DNA of 54,598 nt from Candidatus Hydrogenedentota bacterium. GTDB lineage: Bacteria > Hydrogenedentota > Hydrogenedentia > Hydrogenedentales > SLHB01. Below are positions 18,972 through 27,527 of the stretch, piece after piece. Below the pieces are notes generated by a model. That model was not told where the DNA came from and did no database searches. It was given only the letters and a program-made list of their open reading frames with translations. The stretch is taken from positions 1 through 54,598 of the forward strand of contig JARKSN010000312.1 in assembly GCA_029974275.1 (NCBI GenBank), in the 5' to 3' direction. Position 1 is the first letter of the stretch; each line of letters opens with the position of its first letter. A program made the translations under genes and the position numbers.

Positions 18972-21221
18972 CTACAAATGATACCAGTTCTTTTTGCGGC
19001 GCGTGGCTTCCTCGTCGTAATAGTAATAGTAGTAATAGTAATGCCGACGGGTCGCCTCGAGTCCGTTCAACACGATTCCCGCCACCCGCGCCTGCGCGGC
19101 GTCCAGCAACCGGCGCGCACGCAGGATCGTCTCTCGGCGCGCGTTGTTGACCGACACAACCAGAATCACCATGTCCACGTGCGAGGCAAGCAGGACAGGG
19201 TCCGTCACGACAAGAATCGACGGAGCATCGAAGATGATCATGTCGAACTCGTGCCGCAACTGGTCCATCAAACGCTGCATGCGCTCGGACCCGATCAATT
19301 CGCTGGGATTGGGAGGAACCCGACCGCTCGACACAATCGTCAAGTTCTCGACGCGCGTTGGACGAACGACGTTATGAAAATCGATGCCCTCGCGCAACAC
19401 GTCCGCCAGCCCCGGCCCACGCTCCATCTTGAGCACATGATGGACGTGCGGCCGCCGCAGATCGGTGTCGATGAGCAGCACCTTCACCCCGCTGTCCGCC
19501 AGGGTGATGGCCAAATTGACGGCCGTGGTCGTCTTGCCTTCGCCCGGCACGGCGCTGGTCACCATGACCAGGCGGGCCTTGCTTTGGATGTTCGCGAATT
19601 GAAAATTGGTGCGCAACGCGCGATACGCCTCGGAAATTGGCGACTTGGGGTCGTGCAACGTCACAATGCAGGCGTCGGCCTGTTCGTCGTTCTCGAGAAC
19701 CACGTAATTGCCGCGCCGGCGCACCCGGCCATACCGCGTGAATTTCATCTCGGGAATGGTGCCGATGACTTCGAGGCCGATATAGTCGTTGACGTCCTCA
19801 ATGCCGCGAATGGACGTATCCAACATCTCCAGGATGATGGACAGTCCGAAGCCAACGCCTAGCCCCACGAGCGCGCCCAATAGCCAGGTAATCCAGTATT
19901 TAAGGCCGTTGCCGGCCACATTGGACTGCCGGACGTCGACCGGACTGTACCACTCGACGTGCCCCAGCCCACGCTGCAACTGCGTGCGCACCTCGAATTC
20001 CTTCTCGATCAGCTTTTTGAACTGTGCGCGCAGTTGTTCGACTTCCTGCTCCGTCTGACGGTACTCGAGGTTCTTTTCCGCCAATGCGGGAAGTTCGTCG
20101 ACATGCGCCTGCAGCAGTTTTTGCGTGGTCGCGGTGCGGATATCCAATGACGTCAGGTCGAGTTGCAGTTGAAGGTACTGCTGCCGCAGGGTCTGTCGCT
20201 CCTCCCATACGCTGGAGCCTCCGAGGGGGCCGTCCTGCAGTTTGCCAACGGCTTCGAGAATGGCGCGTTTTTTCTCCCGTATCTCCTCTTCGATCTCCTG
20301 AAGCCCTGGATATTCGGACGTATAGACAATGCTCATGGACAATTGCTGCTGCAGTAAATTGTCGAGCTCGCCCAAGAGCTGCCTAACCACGTCGTCGGTG
20401 ATTTGCCCCAGCGATTCCGGCAACTGCTCGTTCTTCGATCGAAGCGTGTTGCCGATTTCCTCCACTTTCGCCAAAAGCTGGGTGCGTTGCTCGCTCGCGT
20501 CCAATAGCTCTTGCCGCTTGCGCTCCATATCTTCCACGATGCGATCGCGCGTGCGAAAGCCCATGGCCTGGCGCATTTCCCATTCCTTTTTTTCGGCGGC
20601 GTCGAGATCCTTGCGCATCAATTCCAATTGTTGCTGCACAAAGTCATGCGTCGCGGCGATGTCGTCTTTCATGCTTTGGACGTTCGTGTCGATGAAAACG
20701 CGCGCCGCGGCTTCCGCTGTCTCGCGGGCCTCTTCCGGGGTGCTGCCCTGAACCCGCAGGGCGATAAGGTCCTTGCCCGGGATGGACTCGAACGCCAGGG
20801 TGGACTGGACGGCGCTTCCTCGGCGCTGCAAGTCCTCCTCGGTCGCCAGGGCGGCCCCCGCCCGCGATTTCTCGATGTCGCGTTGCACCAGCGCCCGCGC
20901 CACTTTTTCCGCGAATGGACGCAGGTTGTTTTCGATTTCCTTGACGACGATTTCGGCGGTGATGTCGCGCGCAGGGCTTCCGCCGATGTCGCGCAGGTCC
21001 TGCCATGGCGACTTCACCACGCGGAACTGCGTCGAAGCCTCGAATCCAAGGGGGCTTTCCAGGTTGATCGTTCCGAAGACGCCAAACAAGATCAGCCCCG
21101 TCAGGGTGCAGGCAAAAATGAGACGCCATCTCCTCAATCCCACGTTCAGGAGAAAACGGAGCTGATTTTCGCCTCGGCCCTGCGGCGTGGCCTGATCCAG
21201 AGGGGGCGTGTCAGACACCAT
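18972..21221 (-). CDS. wzc: Polysaccharide co-polymerase / BY-kinase (Wzc-like, PCP-2a)
   Basis: N-terminal TM, long periplasmic coiled coil, second TM, PKSPISEAYRALRTN, Walker A PGEGKTT, A' IDTDLRRP, B IIFDAP, C-terminal YYYYYYYY cluster. Confidence 0.93.
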   Translation of the reverse strand: MVSDTPPLDQATPQGRGENQLRFLLNVGLRRWRLIFACTLTGLILFGVFGTINLESPLGFEASTQFRVVKSPWQDLRDIGGSPARDITAEIVVKEIENNLRPFAEKVARALVQRDIEKSRAGAALATEEDLQRRGSAVQSTLAFESIPGKDLIALRVQGSTPEEARETAEAAARVFIDTNVQSMKDDIAATHDFVQQQLELMRKDLDAAEKKEWEMRQAMGFRTRDRIVEDMERKRQELLDASEQRTQLLAKVEEIGNTLRSKNEQLPESLGQITDDVVRQLLGELDNLLQQQLSMSIVYTSEYPGLQEIEEEIREKKRAILEAVGKLQDGPLGGSSVWEERQTLRQQYLQLQLDLTSLDIRTATTQKLLQAHVDELPALAEKNLEYRQTEQEVEQLRAQFKKLIEKEFEVRTQLQRGLGHVEWYSPVDVRQSNVAGNGLKYWITWLLGALVGLGVGFGLSIILEMLDTSIRGIEDVNDYIGLEVIGTIPEMKFTRYGRVRRRGNYVVLENDEQADACIVTLHDPKSPISEAYRALRTNFQFANIQSKARLVMVTSAVPGEGKTTTAVNLAITLADSGVKVLLIDTDLRRPHVHHVLKMERGPGLADVLREGIDFHNVVRPTRVENLTIVSSGRVPPNPSELIGSERMQRLMDQLRHEFDMIIFDAPSILVVTDPVLLASHVDMVILVVSVNNARRETILRARRLLDAAQARVAGIVLNGLEATRRHYYYYYYYYDEEATRRKKNWYHL

Positions 21222-21227
21222 GCTCTG

Positions 21228-22706
21228 CTAATCCTTCCGGTTCTCGCGCGGCGTATCCGGCGCGACGGCCTTTGAAGCTTTCGATTCCGCCGCAACGGCG
21301 CTGACGTCCAACATGCGATCCCATGTCACCGTATCAGGAGTTGGGTGAACCGTCGGGGTGACGAAAACCATGAGTTCGGTCTGCACCTTGGCCCGTTCCG
21401 TCCGCTTGAACAAATTTCCTACGACGGGGATGCTGCCAAGCCCCGGAACGCGCTGCTCCACGTTTGTGGAGTCGTTGCGGTATATCCCGCCGATAACAAG
21501 CGTTTGGCCGTCGCGGACGCGGGCCTCTCCGCTGGAACTGCGAACGGATCGGATGGGAATGCCGTTGCTGGTTCCGACGGTGGAAGAGACTTCCGGCGCG
21601 AGTTCGAGGCGCACGCAAGGGCTTCCTTCGAATTCGTACACGTGCGGCGTCACCGCCAACTTGATGCCGGTGTCGATGAACTTCGTGCTGAACGTGGCGA
21701 CGCCCGACAGTTCCGTGCCGTATTCCGTGTACGGGAACTCCTCGGTGCTGCGGATTTCGGCCTTTTTGTGGTTGACCGTCAGCACGTTTGGGTTCGCCAG
21801 CAGCTGGGCCTTGTTGTCGGCGACGAGCGCATCCAACATCACGCCGATATCGATGCCGTTTCTCAGGCCTCCCAGGAATATCTGACCCGCTTTCGGCACG
21901 TGAACCGGCGCATTCAGGCGGCGATCAAACTTGCCATTGTTCACGTATTGGCGCCCCAAATTCCCCACGTTGTTTCCGTTCAGTCCGCCCACGTGCTCGT
22001 TGCTCATCGGATCCGCCTGGGATCCGCGCAGCGCGTTGATGCCGACGGTCTGCGTGGGCATGGCGTAATATCCTCCCAGCAAATCCTCGCCCTGAACAAA
22101 CCAGCGCACGCCCAGCTCTTTCATGGCGCCGATTTGCACCTCGGCGATCTTCGCCTCGATGCGGACCTGCGTGAGCTGGCTTTGCATCTGATCGAGACGC
22201 TGGATGATCGACAGGATGTTGTTGATCGCTTCGGGCGAATCGGTGACGATGAGCGAATTGGTGTCGGGATCAAAGGAAACGGATCCGCCCTCGCTGCTGA
22301 TGTTTTGCAGGTTTCTGCTGAGTTGTTCGGCATTGGCGTTCTCAAGCGGCACGATTTCGGTGCGCATTTCGGTTTTGCGGTAGGCGCTGGGCGCCGTCGG
22401 GCTAGCGCTTCGGGACACGGTGGCGCGGGGGTTCTTGAGAATCTTGGTCAGGGCAGCCGTCACCCGTTCGGATGCGTCTTTCTCGGTAAGTCCCGCCAGG
22501 TTCACGTTGCCCACATAGGGAAGGGAAAGGTTGCCGTTGCCATCCACTTGCCCCGTTGTGGAGAGTTCGGGGTGCCGGTACACCTCGACATAGACCAAAT
22601 CGCTGGTCTTGATCGCTCCTCCGCCCGTCTGTTGGGCAAACGCGGGCAGTGTCGCGCATGCCCACAGGAGCGTCCAGCCGCCCAATATTCCGCGCAACAT
22701 CTTCAT
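21228..22706 (-). CDS. Secretin (N3 + secretin barrel) with an N-terminal Wza-type Poly_export domain
   Basis: ATG at 22706 with GAGGAG RBS; signal peptide ending AFA-QQ. Poly_export-like SDLVYVEVYRHPELSTTGQVDGNGNLSLPYVGNVNLAGLT...ILKNPRATV; N3-like TEIVPLENANAEQL...DPDTNSLIVTDSPEAINNILSIIQRLD; secretin QVRIEAKIAEV, LLANPNVLTVNHKKAEI, DTGIKLAVTPHV, VRDGQTLVIGG, VPGLGSIPVVGNLFKRT, TELMVFVTP. Confidence 0.9.
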   Translation of the reverse strand: MKMLRGILGGWTLLWACATLPAFAQQTGGGAIKTSDLVYVEVYRHPELSTTGQVDGNGNLSLPYVGNVNLAGLTEKDASERVTAALTKILKNPRATVSRSASPTAPSAYRKTEMRTEIVPLENANAEQLSRNLQNISSEGGSVSFDPDTNSLIVTDSPEAINNILSIIQRLDQMQSQLTQVRIEAKIAEVQIGAMKELGVRWFVQGEDLLGGYYAMPTQTVGINALRGSQADPMSNEHVGGLNGNNVGNLGRQYVNNGKFDRRLNAPVHVPKAGQIFLGGLRNGIDIGVMLDALVADNKAQLLANPNVLTVNHKKAEIRSTEEFPYTEYGTELSGVATFSTKFIDTGIKLAVTPHVYEFEGSPCVRLELAPEVSSTVGTSNGIPIRSVRSSSGEARVRDGQTLVIGGIYRNDSTNVEQRVPGLGSIPVVGNLFKRTERAKVQTELMVFVTPTVHPTPDTVTWDRMLDVSAVAAESKASKAVAPDTPRENRKD

Positions 22707-22817
22707 GACGCTCTCTCCTCGCTTCAGACATCCATCGGCATTCACGACGTTTCATCCCCTGCGCCCCGGCGCTCATACATCACCCGACCCCATGCTGGCG
22801 CCGCGGACAATCGCCCG

Positions 22818-25800
22818 CTAGTCTGCCGCGGAAGCCCCCTCCGCGGCGGCGGTTGCCTCGCTTTCTTCGGGATCGATGGCCGGTATTTTGGCGTATTCCG
22901 GCGTTTCTTCCTCGGCTTCGACGGGCGTCGCCGACGCCGTGTCAACGGCCGGCGTTGTAGCTTCCGGGGGCTTGGCGAGCGCGGCAAGATGACCGCGAAC
23001 GCTCTTCATTTTCGCGTTGATCTGCTCGCGAACGCCGGGAGAGATTCCCGAAACCTGCAACGCCCGCGCATACTCGTCCATCGCCGCATTCCAATGCGTC
23101 TTGCGATCGGCGTCGCTTGGGGACTGTTCCGCCATCGCTTCACACAAGGCCCCAAGGGTTATCCGGTCCTGTTCGGGATTGATGTTCGCATGGGAAGCAA
23201 TCGCCAACAGACAGCTCGCCTTGGCAGCGGCAAGGTCGCCCAACGCCGCCTGGGCTTGGGCCAGCATGCGCAACATCGGCAGTTCCGCGACGGGATCGCT
23301 TTCCCGCAGATCGGGATTCGAGAGGATGCGCACGGCCTCCGCATGGTTTCCCAAGCGGAAATGCAAAATGCCCATCAGTCCTTGAGCGCGCGCTGCCCTG
23401 GGATCGGACGGGTGGTTTTTCAAAAACGCCTCGAACAACGCCAAAGAACGCGCGGAGGTCTCCCGTTGCCGCCCGGAAGCGGCGCGCGGATCCATCTGAA
23501 GAACCGCCGCCGCATTGAACTCGGCGTCGGCGCGGCGGGGATGGTCGGGATACCGTTGGCACAAATCGAGGTAAAGAGCCGCCGCTTCTTCATAACGTCC
23601 TTGCGTCGTGAGAACAGACGCTTGGGAGAACAGCCCCTCGGGAGTGGCCGTCCATCCTCGATACAAGACCATGCCTCCGTGCATCGCGCCCAAACATACA
23701 AGCGCCACCGCCGCCCACAAGGCATACCGCACGATTTTTCGGCGCCCCCCCCCGAGCGCCTTGGAACGTCGCCTGTACATGGCGCGCCGCGTCGGCAAGT
23801 CCTGTCCCAAATCGTCGGCGTCCCGATCCTCCAACGAAGGCTCGAAGCGGCCCTGCGCCAAAGGGGGAATGCTCGCACGAAGATCGGAATCGCACGCCGC
23901 CGCGGCAAAGCTTTCGGCGGGCGCGGGCTCTGTCTGCATGCGGGCTGGAGAATTATCGATATCCGTCGTGAACACCTTGCCGGGCGCCGAAGATTGGGTG
24001 CTGGCCCAGACTGGCGACGGCGCTTCCTCGCTCCCTTCCTGGCAAATAACGCCAGCAATAGGCGCGAAGTCTTCAGGATCGGGAACAGCCGCAACAGGGA
24101 GATCGGCGGGCCCGGAAAGGTCCTCGCGGGCACACTCTTCCAACTCTTCCAACTCTTCTAAAACGGCGGCCTTTTCCTCCTCTATCTCCTCATCGGCGTC
24201 GACCTGCTCCGTTTCGATGCACGCCTCTTCGATCGCTTCGTCCGCCGAAGAAACCGCCGATTGCTCCACAGCGGCCTCTGCCCATGACTCCGGAACCAAC
24301 GTCTGCCCTTCCATCTCCTCGGTTCGCTCGGCTTCGGATGGCGGTTCAGGCTCGCACCAAGCTGGAACCGGCATTTCCGGGACAAGGTCCGCCGGCGCCT
24401 GTTCGATCTCTTCGGCAACACGATCTTCGTTCCGACAAGGCATCGGCATTTCCGGCGCCGGCTCCGGAACATCGGGACGCGATTCCGCAAACGTCTCTTG
24501 AAGCGGCGCGGCATCGTCACGCGGCAGTTCCGCCTCGTTTTGCGGAATGGTCGGGTGCTCCAGCTGCCGGAGATATATCTCGGCCTGGGCCAGATCCGCG
24601 TCGGGAAAAGCGGAATCCAAAACATCGGCATCGGCTTCGCTCTCAGTCACGGGAATTTCCGATGAGACGGTTTGTTCGTCCAGAGCAATTTCGGTCGGCA
24701 CGGAGGCTTGCTCGTCGCGCGTTTCCAGCGGCGTTTCCTGCATGCCGGATATCTGCTGCTCAAGTGCGTCGAGATACGTCTCCGCATCCAGCAGCGCCGA
24801 ATCGGACGAAAACCGTACGTCCCCGGACACGAGATCGACCGGAGACGTCATGTCCCCGGTTTCGAGAAACGTCTCGGGAGAGACATCGAGCCCCGTGAAC
24901 ACGGGGACAACATCCGGCGGTTCCTTGTATTCCTGCGATGTTTCCTCGACATCGAATCCCTCGACAAACGATCCCCGCGTTTCTTCCGAATCCAACGGCG
25001 CGCTGACGGTTTCAGGGGAAGCGCACTGCGGTGGCGCAATTGCCTCGCCGGTTAACGCGACGGCATCCGGCTCCTGGGATTCGTCCGCGGCAATTCCCTC
25101 GTCGGCGATTCCGCCATCTCCGACCGTCGCATACGCCATAGAGGCGTCACAAACGGGCACGGCCTCTTCCATTCCCATCGAGTCCGGCGCTTCAATGACT
25201 TGGAGGTCGCGATCGCCAGTGGCAGACGCGCACTCCGCAACGATGGAGAAACGATCGCCGCCGTTTGCCGATTCTTCTCCCTCGCCGGTCTCCATCTGCT
25301 CTTCGCAGGAAAGAAACGGCGCCGCGCTCTCCTCTTGCGGGAATGATTCAGAAAACGCCAAGGCTTCTTCGCTCGGCATCGGCTCCGCCAACGGCTCCGG
25401 CATCGGCGCGGCGGACTGGGTCAATTCTTCGGTCAAACGGGAAATGATCGTGCGCAAATCCTCGATGGGCGAAGAGACCGAAGCGTCAAAGGATCGCGCC
25501 GACGTTTCCAGAGGCGACGAACCCAGGACATCGTCTTCTTCCCCGTCGACGTCCGCAACCCCCTTCTCGTAAAAGCTGATGGGGCGGGCAAGTTCCTCGT
25601 CGCAGGGAGAAGCCGCGACAGACGGCGCGTGCGGCGCCACGGCGTCGGGCCGGGTAAGCCCTGTCATTTGGATGAATTCGAGATCGTTGCCCCGCATTTC
25701 TTCGGGCACTCCGCTCTCCAATCGCGGATCGCCATGAATGCGATCAAAAAGGTCTTCGTCTATCCAGCGATCCGGGATCAAGGGCTCCGGCTCGCCTCCT

Positions 25801-25838
25801 GCGCGAGGACGATCCGTATGCTGCGAGTCCATCGTCAT
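22818..25838 (-). CDS. Large bitopic membrane protein: about 700-aa acidic low-complexity N-region, one TM helix, C-terminal TPR domain
   Basis: E/D/P/A-rich N-region; RRRSK..RRK basic patch then IVRYALWAAVALVCLGAMHGGMVLY; TPR pairs such as GRYEEAAALYLDLCQRYPDHPRRADAEF and LFEAFLKNHPSDPRAARA; ATGA-coupled to the ATPase. Confidence 0.85.
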   Translation of the reverse strand: MTMDSQHTDRPRAGGEPEPLIPDRWIDEDLFDRIHGDPRLESGVPEEMRGNDLEFIQMTGLTRPDAVAPHAPSVAASPCDEELARPISFYEKGVADVDGEEDDVLGSSPLETSARSFDASVSSPIEDLRTIISRLTEELTQSAAPMPEPLAEPMPSEEALAFSESFPQEESAAPFLSCEEQMETGEGEESANGGDRFSIVAECASATGDRDLQVIEAPDSMGMEEAVPVCDASMAYATVGDGGIADEGIAADESQEPDAVALTGEAIAPPQCASPETVSAPLDSEETRGSFVEGFDVEETSQEYKEPPDVVPVFTGLDVSPETFLETGDMTSPVDLVSGDVRFSSDSALLDAETYLDALEQQISGMQETPLETRDEQASVPTEIALDEQTVSSEIPVTESEADADVLDSAFPDADLAQAEIYLRQLEHPTIPQNEAELPRDDAAPLQETFAESRPDVPEPAPEMPMPCRNEDRVAEEIEQAPADLVPEMPVPAWCEPEPPSEAERTEEMEGQTLVPESWAEAAVEQSAVSSADEAIEEACIETEQVDADEEIEEEKAAVLEELEELEECAREDLSGPADLPVAAVPDPEDFAPIAGVICQEGSEEAPSPVWASTQSSAPGKVFTTDIDNSPARMQTEPAPAESFAAAACDSDLRASIPPLAQGRFEPSLEDRDADDLGQDLPTRRAMYRRRSKALGGGRRKIVRYALWAAVALVCLGAMHGGMVLYRGWTATPEGLFSQASVLTTQGRYEEAAALYLDLCQRYPDHPRRADAEFNAAAVLQMDPRAASGRQRETSARSLALFEAFLKNHPSDPRAARAQGLMGILHFRLGNHAEAVRILSNPDLRESDPVAELPMLRMLAQAQAALGDLAAAKASCLLAIASHANINPEQDRITLGALCEAMAEQSPSDADRKTHWNAAMDEYARALQVSGISPGVREQINAKMKSVRGHLAALAKPPEATTPAVDTASATPVEAEEETPEYAKIPAIDPEESEATAAAEGASAAD

Positions 25839-26881
25839 GAAGCGCCGCCTGTTCCGGGCTTATGAGGCTGCGAACGCGCCGCGCGCAACAGCAACTGGTT
25901 GGCTCGCTCCTCCCGGGTCAGGGCAACGGCGCGCTTGGGATCCTGCGCGGAAAACTCCTCCCGGACAGGCGGTCTCGGAGGCGTCGGCTGTTCCCGCCGG
26001 GAATCCGAGGCGGTCAAGGCGGCCAAAACCTGGGCCCGCTTTTCCTGATCGGGCAACATGGTCTTTTGTATCGTATGCAGGATAATTTCCTGGCCGATGC
26101 GCGGCATGCGCAATTGCGAGGCCAGAATGACGGCATTGCGGCACAGCGTGATGATGATGCGCGGGCTTCCTTGCGCATATGCGTGGATGGCGCGCACCGC
26201 CGCGTCGTCGAATTGAAGCGTCTCCGGGGCGGCGCCGGCTTGCGCCAGACGGAACTCGATCATGTCGCGCGTCTCGGCGGCATCCAACGGTCCCAGGGTA
26301 TAGGTCATGTTGATGCGTTGCAGGAAATTGGGGGCGGCCTTCAACACGGCCGTCCACTCCATCTGCGCAAACAACACTAAATTCAGCAATTTATGCTGGG
26401 GCAACTCCAAATTCTGAACCAATCGCAACAGTTCAAGTTGCCCGCGCTTGTTCAGATTTTGCGCGTCGTCGATGATGAGCGTGTTGATGCGCGCACGGTT
26501 CTGGATCAGGTATTGGTTGAGGGACTCCATGTACGCCACGAACGATCGTTTGTCCGGGCGCAACGAGAACTGGGCGATAATGCTTTCCAGCAGAGAGAAA
26601 CTCGTCCAGGAAGGAATGGGAGAACCAATCACCGCCGTATTGTAGCGTTCCGGCTGGGCGCCCATTCCCGTCAACAATTTACGAAGCAACGTCGTCTTGC
26701 CGGTTCCATAATCCCCGAGCACCACGGCAATGCCGTGTCGCTCGTCCACGCTGCTCCATAGACGAAACAAGCACTCGCGATGTCCCCGCGTAGCGTAAAA
26801 ATACGCCGGATCCGCCGTCGGGGCAAACGGCTGTTCGCGCAACCCCAATTGCTTCAGCACGGGTTCCATCTCAACGCTCAT
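25835..26881 (-). CDS. ExeA/GspA/MshM-family AAA+ ATPase (no TM or peptidoglycan-binding tail visible)
   Basis: LGLREQPFAPTADPAYFY (ExeA N-motif), GDYGTGKTTL, LIIDDAQNL, LELLRL, QRI, GSPRII; likely start MSVEME at 26881. Confidence 0.9.
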   Translation of the reverse strand: MSVEMEPVLKQLGLREQPFAPTADPAYFYATRGHRECLFRLWSSVDERHGIAVVLGDYGTGKTTLLRKLLTGMGAQPERYNTAVIGSPIPSWTSFSLLESIIAQFSLRPDKRSFVAYMESLNQYLIQNRARINTLIIDDAQNLNKRGQLELLRLVQNLELPQHKLLNLVLFAQMEWTAVLKAAPNFLQRINMTYTLGPLDAAETRDMIEFRLAQAGAAPETLQFDDAAVRAIHAYAQGSPRIIITLCRNAVILASQLRMPRIGQEIILHTIQKTMLPDQEKRAQVLAALTASDSRREQPTPPRPPVREEFSAQDPKRAVALTREERANQLLLRAARSQPHKPGTGGAS

Positions 26882-27247
26882 GAGGCCCCACCCCGACCCT
26901 CGCCTAGGAACACACCATACTGCCATCCATTCCGTCTCGCCGGCATCCAAGAAAACCGATGCTCGCCCCCGCCGCACGCGTGTCACCGTCATGCGAAACG
27001 TCTATCTCGGGAAACACTTTTCCTCTATCGTCATATGCCGCCGAAACCTTATACGCCGCATCGAAAAGCCGCGACGCCCGAATCGCCGGTCATACCTCAC
27101 GCCACCATCAACATCCTTTCCGAGACGTCCATTGTATCACTTCCGTGATTTCTCACTCTGGCAATCCTTTCACCGTCGCCGATGGGAGAACTCGATCCAG
27201 CAAGCGATTGTAATTCTTCCCTATATCGGCATCTCGCCGCCGGATTG

Positions 27248-27276
27248 ATTCTATACCAGACAACATATGGTGTCAA
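27248..27276 (-). promoter_or_regulatory. Near-consensus sigma-70 promoter for the ATPase-TPR-secretin-wzc-wzy operon
   Basis: TTGACA (27276-27271), 17 nt, TAGAAT (27253-27248). Confidence 0.7.
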
Positions 27277-27527
27277 GCCGTCAGTCACCATTTATTGTGC
27301 AATATCTTCCCGTTCCCACAAAATATTGTGGTTGATATTGTCGTTCTGTGACAACAGAACACATTTTTCACAATTCCCACTCTTCGGGATGATTTACACC
27401 GGCAGAACGGGCGGATATTGTCGGCAAAACTACCCGTTCCTTCATACCGGGAAAAAGAGTGCGCGTCCATCCCCCCTACATCGGGCGCGCCCCCCTCATC
27501 GCGCAACGATTCGAGAACAGGAAACGG

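Noticed and set aside
21345..24161. 938-aa + strand ORF
   Set aside because: Antisense shadow of the secretin and TPR genes; Arg/Gly-rich, no motifs, expected in high-GC DNA.
21228..26881. Calling this a conventional T2SS or type IV pilus locus (gspD/pilQ with gspA)
   Set aside because: No assembly ATPase, platform protein or pilins in the window; the secretin has Poly_export instead of N0-N2/AMIN domains and abuts wzc.
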